Of a DNA stretch of 64,000 nt, positions 20,201 through 28,436 are shown one piece after another. The stretch spans positions 3,072,524 through 3,136,523 of the forward strand of contig OY759970.1 of the NCBI GenBank assembly GCA_963662965.1. Reading direction: 5' to 3'. Source of the DNA: Vicinamibacterales bacterium (GTDB lineage Bacteria > Acidobacteriota > Vicinamibacteria > Vicinamibacterales > UBA8438). The notes below the pieces were generated by a model. That model made no database searches. It saw only the letters and a list, made by a program, of their open reading frames with translations, and was not told the DNA's origin. Both the position numbers and the translations under genes were made by a program. Position 1 is the first letter of the stretch; each line of letters starts with the position of its first letter.

Positions 20201-20874
20201 AGCAATGGGACTTCCACGAAGACACGGCGGTGCTGGTCGACCGGGGCTTACGACGACACCGGCTCTATTCCGCCCAGGCTGTGGATGCGGTGCGGCACAC
20301 ACTCGCCGCGCTGAAGACCACGCGCCTCGACGGCCTGGATGCGCGCCTCGACACGGCCGCCTCGAACAAGACTCTGTCTGAATGGGAGTTTCTGCTGCCG
20401 CTGGGGCGGGCCGGCATCACCGGGCAAGCCCTGTCGGACCTCTTCGCCCGTCACGCCCGTACCGCCGATGAACGCCACTACGCCCAGGACTTGGCTGGCC
20501 TGCCAAGCCAAGAGATGTCAGGCATGCTCACCGGATACATCGACCGCTTGGTGCTGGCCGATGGCCGCTGGGGCGTCGTGGACTGGAAGAGTAATTTCCT
20601 GGGACCGCGTGTCGCCGACTATCGCCAGCGGGCCCTGTGGCGCTGCGCGGCGGAACAACACTATCTATTGCAGGTGCATCTCTATCTGGTGGCGTTACGC
20701 CGCTACTTGCGGCTCTACGACTCCGGTGGGGCGGCCGTGTCGGGCAGCCTGCTGTTCGTACGTGGTGTGCTCCCGGGAACGAGTCAGGGGGTGCTCGAGG
20801 TCACCCCGCCCGAACCGTTGCTGCAGGAACTCGACCGGTTGTTTCTGAGCCCTGGCCGCGGAGGGCTGACATGA
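17257..20874 (+). CDS. recB: exodeoxyribonuclease V beta subunit RecB (UvrD-type helicase plus PD-(D/E)xK nuclease)
   Basis: ORF 17218..20874, with GTG 17257 overlapping the recC stop by 8 nt (ATG 17218 is an alternative). Motifs: EASAGTGKTWTI, LIDESQDTD, VGDPKQAIYSFRGGD, and the C-terminal GYIDRLV...VVDWKSN nuclease motif. Confidence 0.9.
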   Translation: MASFDLRTTDVPTGLSVIEASAGTGKTWTISHLVPRLLVDGVVSGIGDLLLVTFTEDAARELGEQTRRQLATLVGHADAGTQPAEHQQGILLLLDRLEALPDPERHTAVLRLRLALDESDQLAVSTIHAFCKQVLGAEGFLCGMPAGFEVLPDPGEAQSDAVKDTWRTDLGADSLLAAVAACGTWSVEDDLKAWRSLTRRPSTRMEPEPLSLQDAQDGVAKALEALQATRADIHRLQEIAGRDAVSLNRSAQNPGEDSIAQLDTWHATLETLDPQQPPADIFQVSTRLAGATSWFGRRGTVSRAASDEAGALPIVAAAVAVEASLGATGWAWLAHLNQAAGHRYTHSLRRSNTVTYDGLIQDLHRALCAGPNRAVLAQRLSDKWTVGLIDESQDTDQQQLDIFRAIFDRGTGAGRLILVGDPKQAIYSFRGGDLSAYLSARPTNDARVSSLATTYRSAPGLVTALNTLFGRPRAFGSPDLTYPAATAAHQDEDLPLPEDGHGRLVAWVVPDADTEDWARAQPRRLRAAACTATAIVDLLGRTMGTDATRVNPSHVAVLTRTNIEAGLVHEALRARRVPSVVRDDGDVMQSDTASDLAAVLKAILSPTHPGWRRAAMATRLFGYDSAMLATLTTADADAWLANFMTWNDLWHRQGIAAVMARLEADSRATLRLARAPAGARHLTDLRHLVELLQAREAEGQHAPVKLLQWFEGERMSDGSAADERLHRLEEDGDAVQIVTVHRAKGLEFDFVFCPYLWSVRPDARVTDRLLVRRNHGWVLADGTQRDNRAEHRAYTAERLREDVRLAYVALTRARRRVTLLAGPLGYTRKSPLPPTSLDWLLRTDDQVDSLEDWYRDVTDRKKDVATCEHGDTLRRFHAACPRVMTVSAPPSPTETVWTDRGHDETSLHARPAPVLDLHAWHLTSFSQLAHGRHDERERRDVVVEPEDAGAIGAVADAKDAAVPLATFARGTHAGNCLHELLEQWDFHEDTAVLVDRGLRRHRLYSAQAVDAVRHTLAALKTTRLDGLDARLDTAASNKTLSEWEFLLPLGRAGITGQALSDLFARHARTADERHYAQDLAGLPSQEMSGMLTGYIDRLVLADGRWGVVDWKSNFLGPRVADYRQRALWRCAAEQHYLLQVHLYLVALRRYLRLYDSGGAAVSGSLLFVRGVLPGTSQGVLEVTPPEPLLQELDRLFLSPGRGGLT

Positions 20875-22529
20875 GCCGGGCTGCCATCCAACTGTTGACG
20901 CGCCGATGGGGCTTGCCCGACGCCGCCACACCAGTACTCAGTCGCTTCTTCAGCGCGTGGGCCGCCGGTCACACCTCGCTCGAGCTGAGCGACGCAGAAG
21001 CCGAACTGCTGGCATCCAGCCCCGCCGTCACCCATGGCAGGGACGGTGCCCGTCCAACTCCGCTGGTTGTACGCGGCACGCGGCTGCAGTCCTGGCGCCT
21101 GGATCAGGCCGAGACCAGGGTGGCCACTAGACTGCGAGCGCTGGCCCATGAGGATGTTGCCGTCAGCCGCACGCCCGCCGAGCCTGCGGCCCCAGAGGCG
21201 GCTGACGATCTCGCGCAGCTCTTTCCTGACCCACAATCCGCCCAGCGGCGCGCGGCGGGGCTGGGCCTCCGACGGGCGCTCACGCTGGTGACCGGCGGTC
21301 CCGGGACGGGCAAGACCACCACGGCGGCGCGCCTGCTGGCCCTCCTGGCGAACCGCCACCCGGGACTCCGCGTCGCGCTGGCGGCACCCACCGGGAAGGC
21401 TGCCGCGCGGCTGGGCGAGGCCATCGGCCAGACCGCCCAGACGCTCGACGGACTGCTGGCACCTGTTCGTCTCCCACTGGAGCGCGCTGCCGGCCAGGCG
21501 CGCACGCTGCACCGACTCCTGGGCTGGAATCCGCGCACCGACCGCTGCCGGTTCCATGCCGGCAACCCCTTACCTGCTGACGTGGTGGTCGTTGACGAAG
21601 CGTCGATGCTGGATCTAGCCCTGTGGGACCGGCTGCTGTCTGCCATGGGGCGCGGCACCCGCCTTGTCGTGCTCGGCGACCATCGCCAATTGGAGAGCGT
21701 GCAGCCGGGTCGCGTGCTAGCTGACATGATTATCGCGGCCGATGGTGGGGCCCTGCACAGGTGCCACGTCGAACTGGACCATAACTACCGGTTCGAGTCG
21801 CACCCGGGGATCAGCCGCCTCGCGGCGGCCATTCGCCAGTACGACGACGAGGCGGCGGTGGAGACGCTGACCAGCACCGTGTATCGAGAGGAACTGGCCC
21901 ACTACGCGTCCGAACAGATAGACGACGCCCTGGGCCGCGTCTGGCCGCAGATCATGGAGGTGGTCCGGGCACCGGAGCCGGCACCGGCCTTGGCCGCGCT
22001 GGCGCGCGTGCGTATCCTGTGCGCGCTGCGGCGGGGCCACTATGGCGTCGCAGGCATCAATGCCCGGGTCGAGGCGAGGCTGCGCCGCGAGGGACGACCT
22101 GCCGGCGAATGGACCCATGGTCGCCCCGTGCTGGTGACGGCCAACGACCCACACAGCGGACTTTTCAACGGCGACGTCGGCGTGCTGCTGGACAGAAAAG
22201 ATGAGCGCGGAGTCATGGCGTGGTTTCCCAGCCCCCAGGAACCCCGGAGTGTGCCGCTGGCGGCACTACCAAGCCATGACACGGCCTGGGCGATGACGGT
22301 GCATCGCTCGCAGGGCAGCGAATTCGAGTCGGTGCTGCTGGTGCTGCCCCCCCAGGCGCACGAACTCGCCGGACCCGAGCTACTGTACACCGGCGTGACT
22401 CGAGCACGCTCGAAGATGCTGATCGCGGCTGACGAGGCGGCCCTGCGCGCGGCCTGCCAGCAGCGCCCGCCACGCCGCACGGGACTGCTCGAAAAACTCA
22501 GCACGAAAAACGACCGCCCAGCCATATGA
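20871..22529 (+). CDS. recD: exodeoxyribonuclease V alpha subunit RecD
   Basis: ORF 20637..22529, with ATG 20871 in an ATGA overlap with the recB stop. Motifs: VTGGPGTGKTTT, VVVDEASMLD, MTVHRSQGSEFE. Confidence 0.9.
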   Translation: MSRAAIQLLTRRWGLPDAATPVLSRFFSAWAAGHTSLELSDAEAELLASSPAVTHGRDGARPTPLVVRGTRLQSWRLDQAETRVATRLRALAHEDVAVSRTPAEPAAPEAADDLAQLFPDPQSAQRRAAGLGLRRALTLVTGGPGTGKTTTAARLLALLANRHPGLRVALAAPTGKAAARLGEAIGQTAQTLDGLLAPVRLPLERAAGQARTLHRLLGWNPRTDRCRFHAGNPLPADVVVVDEASMLDLALWDRLLSAMGRGTRLVVLGDHRQLESVQPGRVLADMIIAADGGALHRCHVELDHNYRFESHPGISRLAAAIRQYDDEAAVETLTSTVYREELAHYASEQIDDALGRVWPQIMEVVRAPEPAPALAALARVRILCALRRGHYGVAGINARVEARLRREGRPAGEWTHGRPVLVTANDPHSGLFNGDVGVLLDRKDERGVMAWFPSPQEPRSVPLAALPSHDTAWAMTVHRSQGSEFESVLLVLPPQAHELAGPELLYTGVTRARSKMLIAADEAALRAACQQRPPRRTGLLEKLSTKNDRPAI

Positions 22530-22705
22530 TCGCCTTACGGTCACGGCGGCTTTGCGCCACGGCGCGAGGCACGCAGTCAATGTTCGCCATGCGGCGATTA
22601 ACCCAGCCTGAACCACCCCGGGGTTAGACTCCTTCCGACTCTGGTTTCGCATCAATGGGGAGCAAGCGGTGGGAGATCAGTCACTGAACGAGGGTAGAGT
22701 CCGAC

Positions 22706-22887
22706 ATGGAAGTAGCGATGGTAGCGGTGGTCCTGGCCAAGGATGTGTTCCAGGTCGCTCTGGCGACGAGCCGAGGACGGAGGCTGGCACACCAGCGGCT
22801 GACGGGCCGGCCGTTCGATCTGTTCGTCGACCGGCTCACGGCGGGCGGCATGAAAGCCAACTGGGTCACACGATCGAGCTTAGGGTT
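22706..22887 (+). pseudogene. decayed N-terminal fragment of an IS110-family transposase
   Basis: ORF 22706..22900. ...VVLAKDVFQVALATSRGRRLAHQRL... resembles the IS110 N-terminus (IDLAK.VFQV). The frame ends where the ISAzo13-like left repeat begins (22888). Confidence 0.45.
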
Positions 22888-23020
22888 CGCGCAGAAATAA
22901 CTCCAGTGTTGTTGGCGGAATTCTAGCTGACGGGTTTCCACCGAGTTGAGTCCGCCGGCCCTCTCGACCCTGAAATTGCAGCCTGTAGCACCGATGGCCA
23001 CCCGCGGCGAGGTAGCAAGG

Positions 23021-23062
23021 TAATGATAGAGTATCTCCTTTGCAGGTGTTACTCTATCATTA
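23021..23062 (+). promoter_or_regulatory. 13-bp perfect inverted repeat (16-nt spacer) whose right arm ends on the first base of the transposase ATG
   Basis: TAATGATAGAGTA (23021-23033) and TACTCTATCATTA (23050-23062) are exact reverse complements. The ATG is at 23062-23064. Confidence 0.6.
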
Positions 23063-23847
23063 TGCGAACCGAACACTATCGCGCGCGGGACCTCACCACG
23101 TTGTTGCGGAAGCAGAAGATCGCCACGATGACCGAGCTGAAAGACGTCCTGGGGAGCGCAGCGGACATCACGATCTTCCGGAAGCTGGCGGAGCTGTCCT
23201 ATCAGACCAGCTACTCCCACCGCGGGCGATATTACACGTTGGCCGATATCCCCCAGTACGATGCGTGGGGCCTGTGGTCGTATCGCTCGGTGTGGTTTTC
23301 GCGGCGCGGGACATTGCTGGCCACCGCGGAAGCGCTGGTCCAGGAGGCCGACGCCGGATTTTTCGTGGCCGAGCTCGAGGGGGTCCTCAACGTGGAGGTG
23401 AAGGGGGCGTTGCTGAGGCTGGTCCGTCAGCAGAAGCTGGCGCGTGCGTCCTTCGCCGGGCGCTATCTGTACTGTTCCCCCGATACCGCCACGAGGGACG
23501 CTCAGCTCACCGCGCGCCGGGTCCGTGACGCGGCGACCCCACTCGGGGGGCGGCTGCCGCACGTCGATGTCCTCCCCGATGAGCTCAAGGCATCGATTGT
23601 GCTGTTTTTCAGCCTGCTCGATGAGCAACAGCGACGCCTGTACGCCGGCCTGGAGTCGCTCAAGATGGGCCACGGAGGCGACCAGGCGATCGCCGACCTG
23701 CTGGGGCTGGACGCGGGGACCGTGGCCCGCGGGCGGCACCACCTCCTGGACCGCGATGTGACTGTCGAGCGTGTCCGCCGGGCTGGCGCCGGACGCCGAC
23801 CGGTGGAAAAAAAACGCCAGCGGTCATCGCGCGCATCGACGAGCTGA
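23062..23847 (+). CDS. ISAzo13-like transposase, N-terminal part (frame 1)
   Basis: ORF 23023..23847 with the start at MRTEHY (23062). It ends ...GRRPVEKKRQRSSRASTS just after an A8 tract (23807-23814). Confidence 0.8.
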   Translation: MRTEHYRARDLTTLLRKQKIATMTELKDVLGSAADITIFRKLAELSYQTSYSHRGRYYTLADIPQYDAWGLWSYRSVWFSRRGTLLATAEALVQEADAGFFVAELEGVLNVEVKGALLRLVRQQKLARASFAGRYLYCSPDTATRDAQLTARRVRDAATPLGGRLPHVDVLPDELKASIVLFFSLLDEQQRRLYAGLESLKMGHGGDQAIADLLGLDAGTVARGRHHLLDRDVTVERVRRAGAGRRPVEKKRQRSSRASTS

Positions 23848-24761
23848 TGACGCACGAGACGGCGGGCGACCCCATGTCCGGGTTGAAATGGACCCGAAGG
23901 ACCACCGAGAAGATCGCCGCCGAGCTGCAGTCGCTTGGCATCAGCGTGGGCCCACGCACCGTGGCCAGGCTGCTCACGCAGTTGGGGTTCTCCTTGCGCG
24001 TCAATCAGAAGAAACGCTCCACTGGCTCGCCGGCACGGCGGAATGAGCAATTCGAGCAAATCGCCTCGCTTCGGGAGCGTTTCGTCACTGACGCGGCGCC
24101 GATCATCAGCGTGGATACCAAGAAGAAAGAACTGGTTGGCCACTTCAAGAACGCGGGCGTCGCCTGGAATCGTGCGCCCGTGGTTGTCAACGACCACGAC
24201 TTCCGGTCCGAGGCCGAGGGGATCGCGATTCCCTACGGCATCTATGACCTGCAGGCCAATCGCGGCACGATGTTCGTCGGCACGACCTACGACACCCCGT
24301 CGTTCGCCGTGGACGCCATCGAGCAGTGGTGGCGCACCGAAGGCGCGACGCGCTACCCCGGGTCCCGCGAACTGGCGATCCTCGCCGATGGCGGAGGAAG
24401 CAACGGCGCCAGATGCCGCGCTTGGAAGTTCGGGCTCCAGCGCAGCCTCTGCGACCGACATGGCCTGTCGATCACCGTCGCTCACTACCCGCCGGGAGCC
24501 TCGAAGTGGAACCCGATCGAGCATCGACTGTTCAGCGAGGTGAGCAAGAACTGGGCTGGCAAGCCGCTCGACAGCTATGACACGATTCTCAACTACCTCC
24601 GAACGACGCGCACCTCAACCGGACTCCGCGTTCGTGCTCACCTGGTTCGCCGATCCTATGTGAAGGGCATCAAGATCGCGGCGGCAGACATGAACACGCT
24701 GGCTCTGGAGGAGCTCGAACCCCTGCCCGCCTGGAACTACACGCTCCAACCCCGCTGTTGA
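23847..24761 (+). CDS. ISAzo13-like transposase, DDE catalytic part (-1 frame relative to the N-terminal part)
   Basis: ORF track 304 aa. ...GDPMSGLKWT...ISVDTKKKELVG.F.N.G..W...DHDF...IPYGIYD...ILADGGGSN...WK..LQ...ITV.HYPPG.SKWNPIEHRLF matches the Rhodopirellula/ISAzo13 transposase pattern. The homologous reading actually starts at the A8 tract (..EKKTPAVIARIDELMTHETAGDP). Confidence 0.85.
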   Translation: MTHETAGDPMSGLKWTRRTTEKIAAELQSLGISVGPRTVARLLTQLGFSLRVNQKKRSTGSPARRNEQFEQIASLRERFVTDAAPIISVDTKKKELVGHFKNAGVAWNRAPVVVNDHDFRSEAEGIAIPYGIYDLQANRGTMFVGTTYDTPSFAVDAIEQWWRTEGATRYPGSRELAILADGGGSNGARCRAWKFGLQRSLCDRHGLSITVAHYPPGASKWNPIEHRLFSEVSKNWAGKPLDSYDTILNYLRTTRTSTGLRVRAHLVRRSYVKGIKIAAADMNTLALEELEPLPAWNYTLQPRC

Positions 24762-25968
24762 AAATGGGGAGTTATTCCTGCGCGGACACTTACTGCCAGC
24801 CGAACCGTTTCAGAGATGCGGCCACCGCCGCGACCGCGCTCGTCGGCCGTCCCGTGTTCCTCACGGGCTGGCCGGGGACACCCGGCCGGCCATCACTGCC
24901 GCCTGAGACGTAACGGAAAGCCCGTGTCACCCGGAGGGCCGTAGCGCAAGCGTAGGAGCCGCGTCGCGGCTTGACGTGGGCTGTGGGCTGTGAGTGCAGG
25001 CTATCCGGGCTTGTAGCACGGCGTGCAGCGTCGTGAGTGCGCCTCTGCCGCAGATCAGCTCCGCGCCGACGGCTCGCCCGCTGGACCCGCGCCCGCCCAT
25101 GCCCGTGGGTGCCAACCCTGGACCTCGCGCGGATGATCGTCCACCCGAGGGGGATCCTCAGCCCCGACGGGCGCGGCGATCGCGCGCTGGTGACACGATG
25201 ACCAGCAGCTCGGCCCAATTATGTAGAGGATGTGTCGGCGGTCCGCGACTCACTGCGGCGCACCGGAAGCATTTAGGCCGCTCGTCACGGCCTGCGCGGA
25301 TCGCTTTGAGTGGCAGGGGGCGCCGCGAACTGAGGATTGAGCGCCGGGATAGTGCAGTTTTCAGGTCAGGCGGTCGGCCGGTTTACCGGAAGGCCGGCCG
25401 TCTGACCCCCCCTCCTCTGTCGAGGTCGGGGTCGTCGGAAGGTCGCACCACCGGTTTTATTGGTCGAATCGCGTGTTGATGCAACGGTTGGCCCCACCTA
25501 CTTTGTCGCCTTGCGTATCGCTTTGGCCGCCGCCGCCGGCACGACGATCCAACCGCGCTTGCCGTCCCGGTCCACGGCCTCTGTGTCCAGAATCACGACG
25601 CCCGCCGCGTCCGCCGACTTGTGCCAGGCGTCATCTATCCCGCCCGGCCTATGCGTCGATTCCGGCCCGAAGGCGATCCGCCGCCTGTCGCGTGCCGAGA
25701 GGAGCAGCGGACAGCCACCGCCCGGGCCGAGCGGGACGGAAGGATGGGGACCGGCCGGACCGCGTGGAGGGTCTCATTGAGAGTTTTCTTCAAAGCCGCG
25801 CGCGCAGCCAGGACATCGGCCTGTAGTTCTCACGCCGATCGCGCATCGCCGGGAGCCATGCTCGCCCATTTCGAGACGCTGAGCACGACGGCGACAATCA
25901 GCCAACTGGAACTGCTCACGCGGCGCCGACGTGTCACGCCGCGGGCGCCCAGGACCTATCATCCGCAT

Positions 25969-27972
25969 ATGAGTAACGGCGACCTGCACTGGATCGCGAC
26001 CTACATCTGGGGGATCGCCGACGACGTCCTCCGAGACCTCTACGTCCGCGGCAAGTACCGGGACGTCATCCTGCCGATGACGGTGCTGCGCCGGCTGGAC
26101 GCGGTGCTGGTGGACAGCAAGCCGAACGTGCTCGAGATGAAGGCGGTGCTCGACCAGACCGGCGTCGTCGCGCAGGACGCGGCCCTCCGGCAGGCGGCGG
26201 GTCAGGCCTTCTACAACACCTCGAAGTTCACCCTGCGCGACCTCCGGGCCCGCGCGAGCCGGCAGCAGCTCAGGGCCGACTTCGAGGCCTACCTCGACGG
26301 CTTCTCGCCCAACGTACAGGACATTCTCGAGAACTTCGAGTTCCGTAACCAGATCCCGCGGCTCTCGAAGGCCGACGCCCTGGGTACGCTCATTGAGAAG
26401 ATTACCTCGCCGGACGTCAACCTCAGCCCAGCCCCGGTAAAGCACGCTGACGACTCGGTCCGGTATCCCGGCCTCGACAACCACGGGATGGGCTCAATCT
26501 TCGAGGAGTTGGTCCGCCGCTTCAACGAGGAGAACAACGAGGAGGCGGGCGAGCACTGGACGCCGCGCGACGCCGTGCGGCTGATGGCGACGCTCGTCTT
26601 CCTGCCCGTCGCCGACGAGCTCAAGTCTGGCACCTACCTGCTCTACGACGGTGCCTGCGGCACCGGCGGGATGCTCACCGTCGCCGAGGAGACGCTGGGC
26701 CAGCTTGCGGCCGAGCGCGGCCAGGACGTTTCCACGCACTTGTTCGGCCAGGAGATCAACGCCGAGACCTACGCCATCTGCACGGCCGACCTGCTGCTGA
26801 AGGGCGAGGGCGAGGCGGCCGACAACATCGTCGGCGGCCCGGAGCACTCCACCCTCGCCAACGACGCCTTCCCGTCCCGCGAGTTCGACTTCATGCTCTC
26901 CAACCCGCCCTACGGCAAGAGCTGGAAGACCGACCTGGAGCGCATGGGCGGTAAGAAGGCTATGCGCGACCCGCGCTTCGTCATCGAGCACGCCGGCGAT
27001 CCCGAGTACTCCCTGGTCACCCGCTCCAGCGACGGTCAGATGCTCTTCCTCGCCAACAAGCTCTCGAAGATGAAGCAGGACACGCCGCTCGGCAGCCGCA
27101 TCGCCGAGGTGCACAACGGCAGCTCGCTGTTCACCGGCGACGCCGGCCAGGGCGAGAGCAACATCCGCCGCTGGATCATCGAGAACGACTGGCTGGAGGC
27201 GATCGTCGCCCTCCCACTCAATATGTTCTACAACACCGGCATCGCCACCTACATTTGGGTGCTTACCAACCGCAAGCCCGAGCACCGCAAGGGCAGGGTG
27301 CAGTTGATCGACGCCACGAAGTGGTACCGGCCGCTCCGCAAGAACCTCGGCAAGAAGAACTGCGAACTGGGCGAGGACGACATCGCCTGCATCTGCGACA
27401 CCTTCCTCGCCTTCGAAGAGACCGAGCAGAGCAAGATTTTAGACAACGCCGCGTTCGGCTACTGGAAGGTAACCGTCGACCGGCCGCTACGCATCGCAGG
27501 TGCCGACCCGAACCGCGCCTACAAGGCGGCGGAGATCAAGGCGCTGAAGGAGAACGGCAAACGCAGCGAGGATGCGCCACCGGTCCTCCGGAAGATCCAC
27601 AAGCGCGGCACGGAGGCCGACCCGCTGCGCGGCCTGTTCGCGGCCAACGTCAACGGCCGGCCGGCTGTCGTGGAGTACGAGCCGGATACCGACCTGCGCG
27701 ACACCGAGGAGATCCCGCTGCAGGAAGACGGCGGCATCGAGGCGTTCCTGCGGCGCGAGGTCCTGCCGTACGCGGCCGACGCCTGGTACCAGGCGGATAG
27801 TGTGAAGGTCGGCTACGAGATCAGCTTCACGCGCTACTTCTACACGCCGAAGCCGATGCGGACGCTGGCAGAGATTCGGGCGGATATTCTGGAGCTGGAG
27901 CTGGAGCAGGAGACGGAGGGGCTGCTGGCCGAGATCCTCGGCGGCGACGAACAGCGGGAGACGACTGCATGA
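25969..27972 (+). CDS. hsdM: Type I restriction-modification system, DNA methyltransferase subunit M
   Basis: ORF 25621..27972, with the start at ATG 25969 (MSNGDLHWIATYIWG...). Motif I is YDGACGTGGML and motif IV is SNPPYGKSW. It has a long C-terminal extension. Confidence 0.93.
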   Translation: MSNGDLHWIATYIWGIADDVLRDLYVRGKYRDVILPMTVLRRLDAVLVDSKPNVLEMKAVLDQTGVVAQDAALRQAAGQAFYNTSKFTLRDLRARASRQQLRADFEAYLDGFSPNVQDILENFEFRNQIPRLSKADALGTLIEKITSPDVNLSPAPVKHADDSVRYPGLDNHGMGSIFEELVRRFNEENNEEAGEHWTPRDAVRLMATLVFLPVADELKSGTYLLYDGACGTGGMLTVAEETLGQLAAERGQDVSTHLFGQEINAETYAICTADLLLKGEGEAADNIVGGPEHSTLANDAFPSREFDFMLSNPPYGKSWKTDLERMGGKKAMRDPRFVIEHAGDPEYSLVTRSSDGQMLFLANKLSKMKQDTPLGSRIAEVHNGSSLFTGDAGQGESNIRRWIIENDWLEAIVALPLNMFYNTGIATYIWVLTNRKPEHRKGRVQLIDATKWYRPLRKNLGKKNCELGEDDIACICDTFLAFEETEQSKILDNAAFGYWKVTVDRPLRIAGADPNRAYKAAEIKALKENGKRSEDAPPVLRKIHKRGTEADPLRGLFAANVNGRPAVVEYEPDTDLRDTEEIPLQEDGGIEAFLRREVLPYAADAWYQADSVKVGYEISFTRYFYTPKPMRTLAEIRADILELELEQETEGLLAEILGGDEQRETTA

Positions 27973-28181
27973 CTGAGATCATCTTCGAAATCACCGAAGA
28001 CGAAATGGACGGCGGGTACTCGGCAAACGCCCTCGGGTACGGCATTCACACCCAGGGTGAGTCTGTCGAGGAGATCCGCAGCAACGTCAAGGAGGCCGTC
28101 GACTGCTACTTCGACGACACCATGCCGCGACCGAAGTTGATCCGGTTGCACTTCGTGCGGGACGAGGTTCTCGTGGCATGA
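27969..28181 (+). CDS. hicB: HicB-like antitoxin (small, no DNA-binding extension)
   Basis: ORF track 70 aa. MTEIIFEITEDEMDGGYSANALGYGIHTQGESVEEIRSNVKEAVDCYF... is the UPF0150/HicB-type fold signature. It has ATGA overlaps with hsdM upstream and hicA downstream. Confidence 0.7.
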   Translation: MTEIIFEITEDEMDGGYSANALGYGIHTQGESVEEIRSNVKEAVDCYFDDTMPRPKLIRLHFVRDEVLVA

Positions 28182-28420
28182 AGTTGCCCCGCAACGTGAG
28201 CGGCGCGACGCTGCAAGCGGCGCTTCGACGCCTGGGGTACGACACCGTGCGACAGCGAGGCTCCCACGTGCGGATCACGACGCAGATCAACGGTGAACAT
28301 CATGAGGTGATCCCGCTGCACACTCCGATCAGGACGAAGACGCTGTCGAGCATCCTGAAGAGCGTTGCCAGGCACCACGAAATAACCGTCGAAGAGCTTC
28401 TCCGTGAACTCGACCTGTGA
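28178..28420 (+). CDS. hicA: HicA-family mRNA interferase toxin
   Basis: ORF track 80 aa. ...LRRLGYDTVRQRGSHVRIT... carries the YcfA/HicA GSH motif. Confidence 0.8.
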   Translation: MKLPRNVSGATLQAALRRLGYDTVRQRGSHVRITTQINGEHHEVIPLHTPIRTKTLSSILKSVARHHEITVEELLRELDL

Positions 28421-28436
28421 ACTCGGGGAGCGAGCG

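Larger units (their letters stand above)
22888..24784 (+). mobile_element. ISAzo13-like insertion sequence (1897 bp)
   Basis: Terminal inverted repeats are CGCGCAGAAATAACTCC (22888-22904) and GGAGTTATTCCTGCGCG (24768-24784), matching 16/17. They enclose a two-part transposase. No target duplication was recognised. Confidence 0.8.

Noticed and set aside
25365-25406. A GC-rich hairpin considered as an intrinsic terminator.
   Set aside because: The stem is imperfect, with a bulge and mismatches. It is followed by a C-rich, not U-rich, tract and is not positioned after any gene.
25621-25968. The 116-codon extension upstream of hsdM in the ORF track.
   Set aside because: It is low complexity with no HsdM_N similarity. 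The conserved N-terminus MSNGDLHWIATYIWG starts at 25969.
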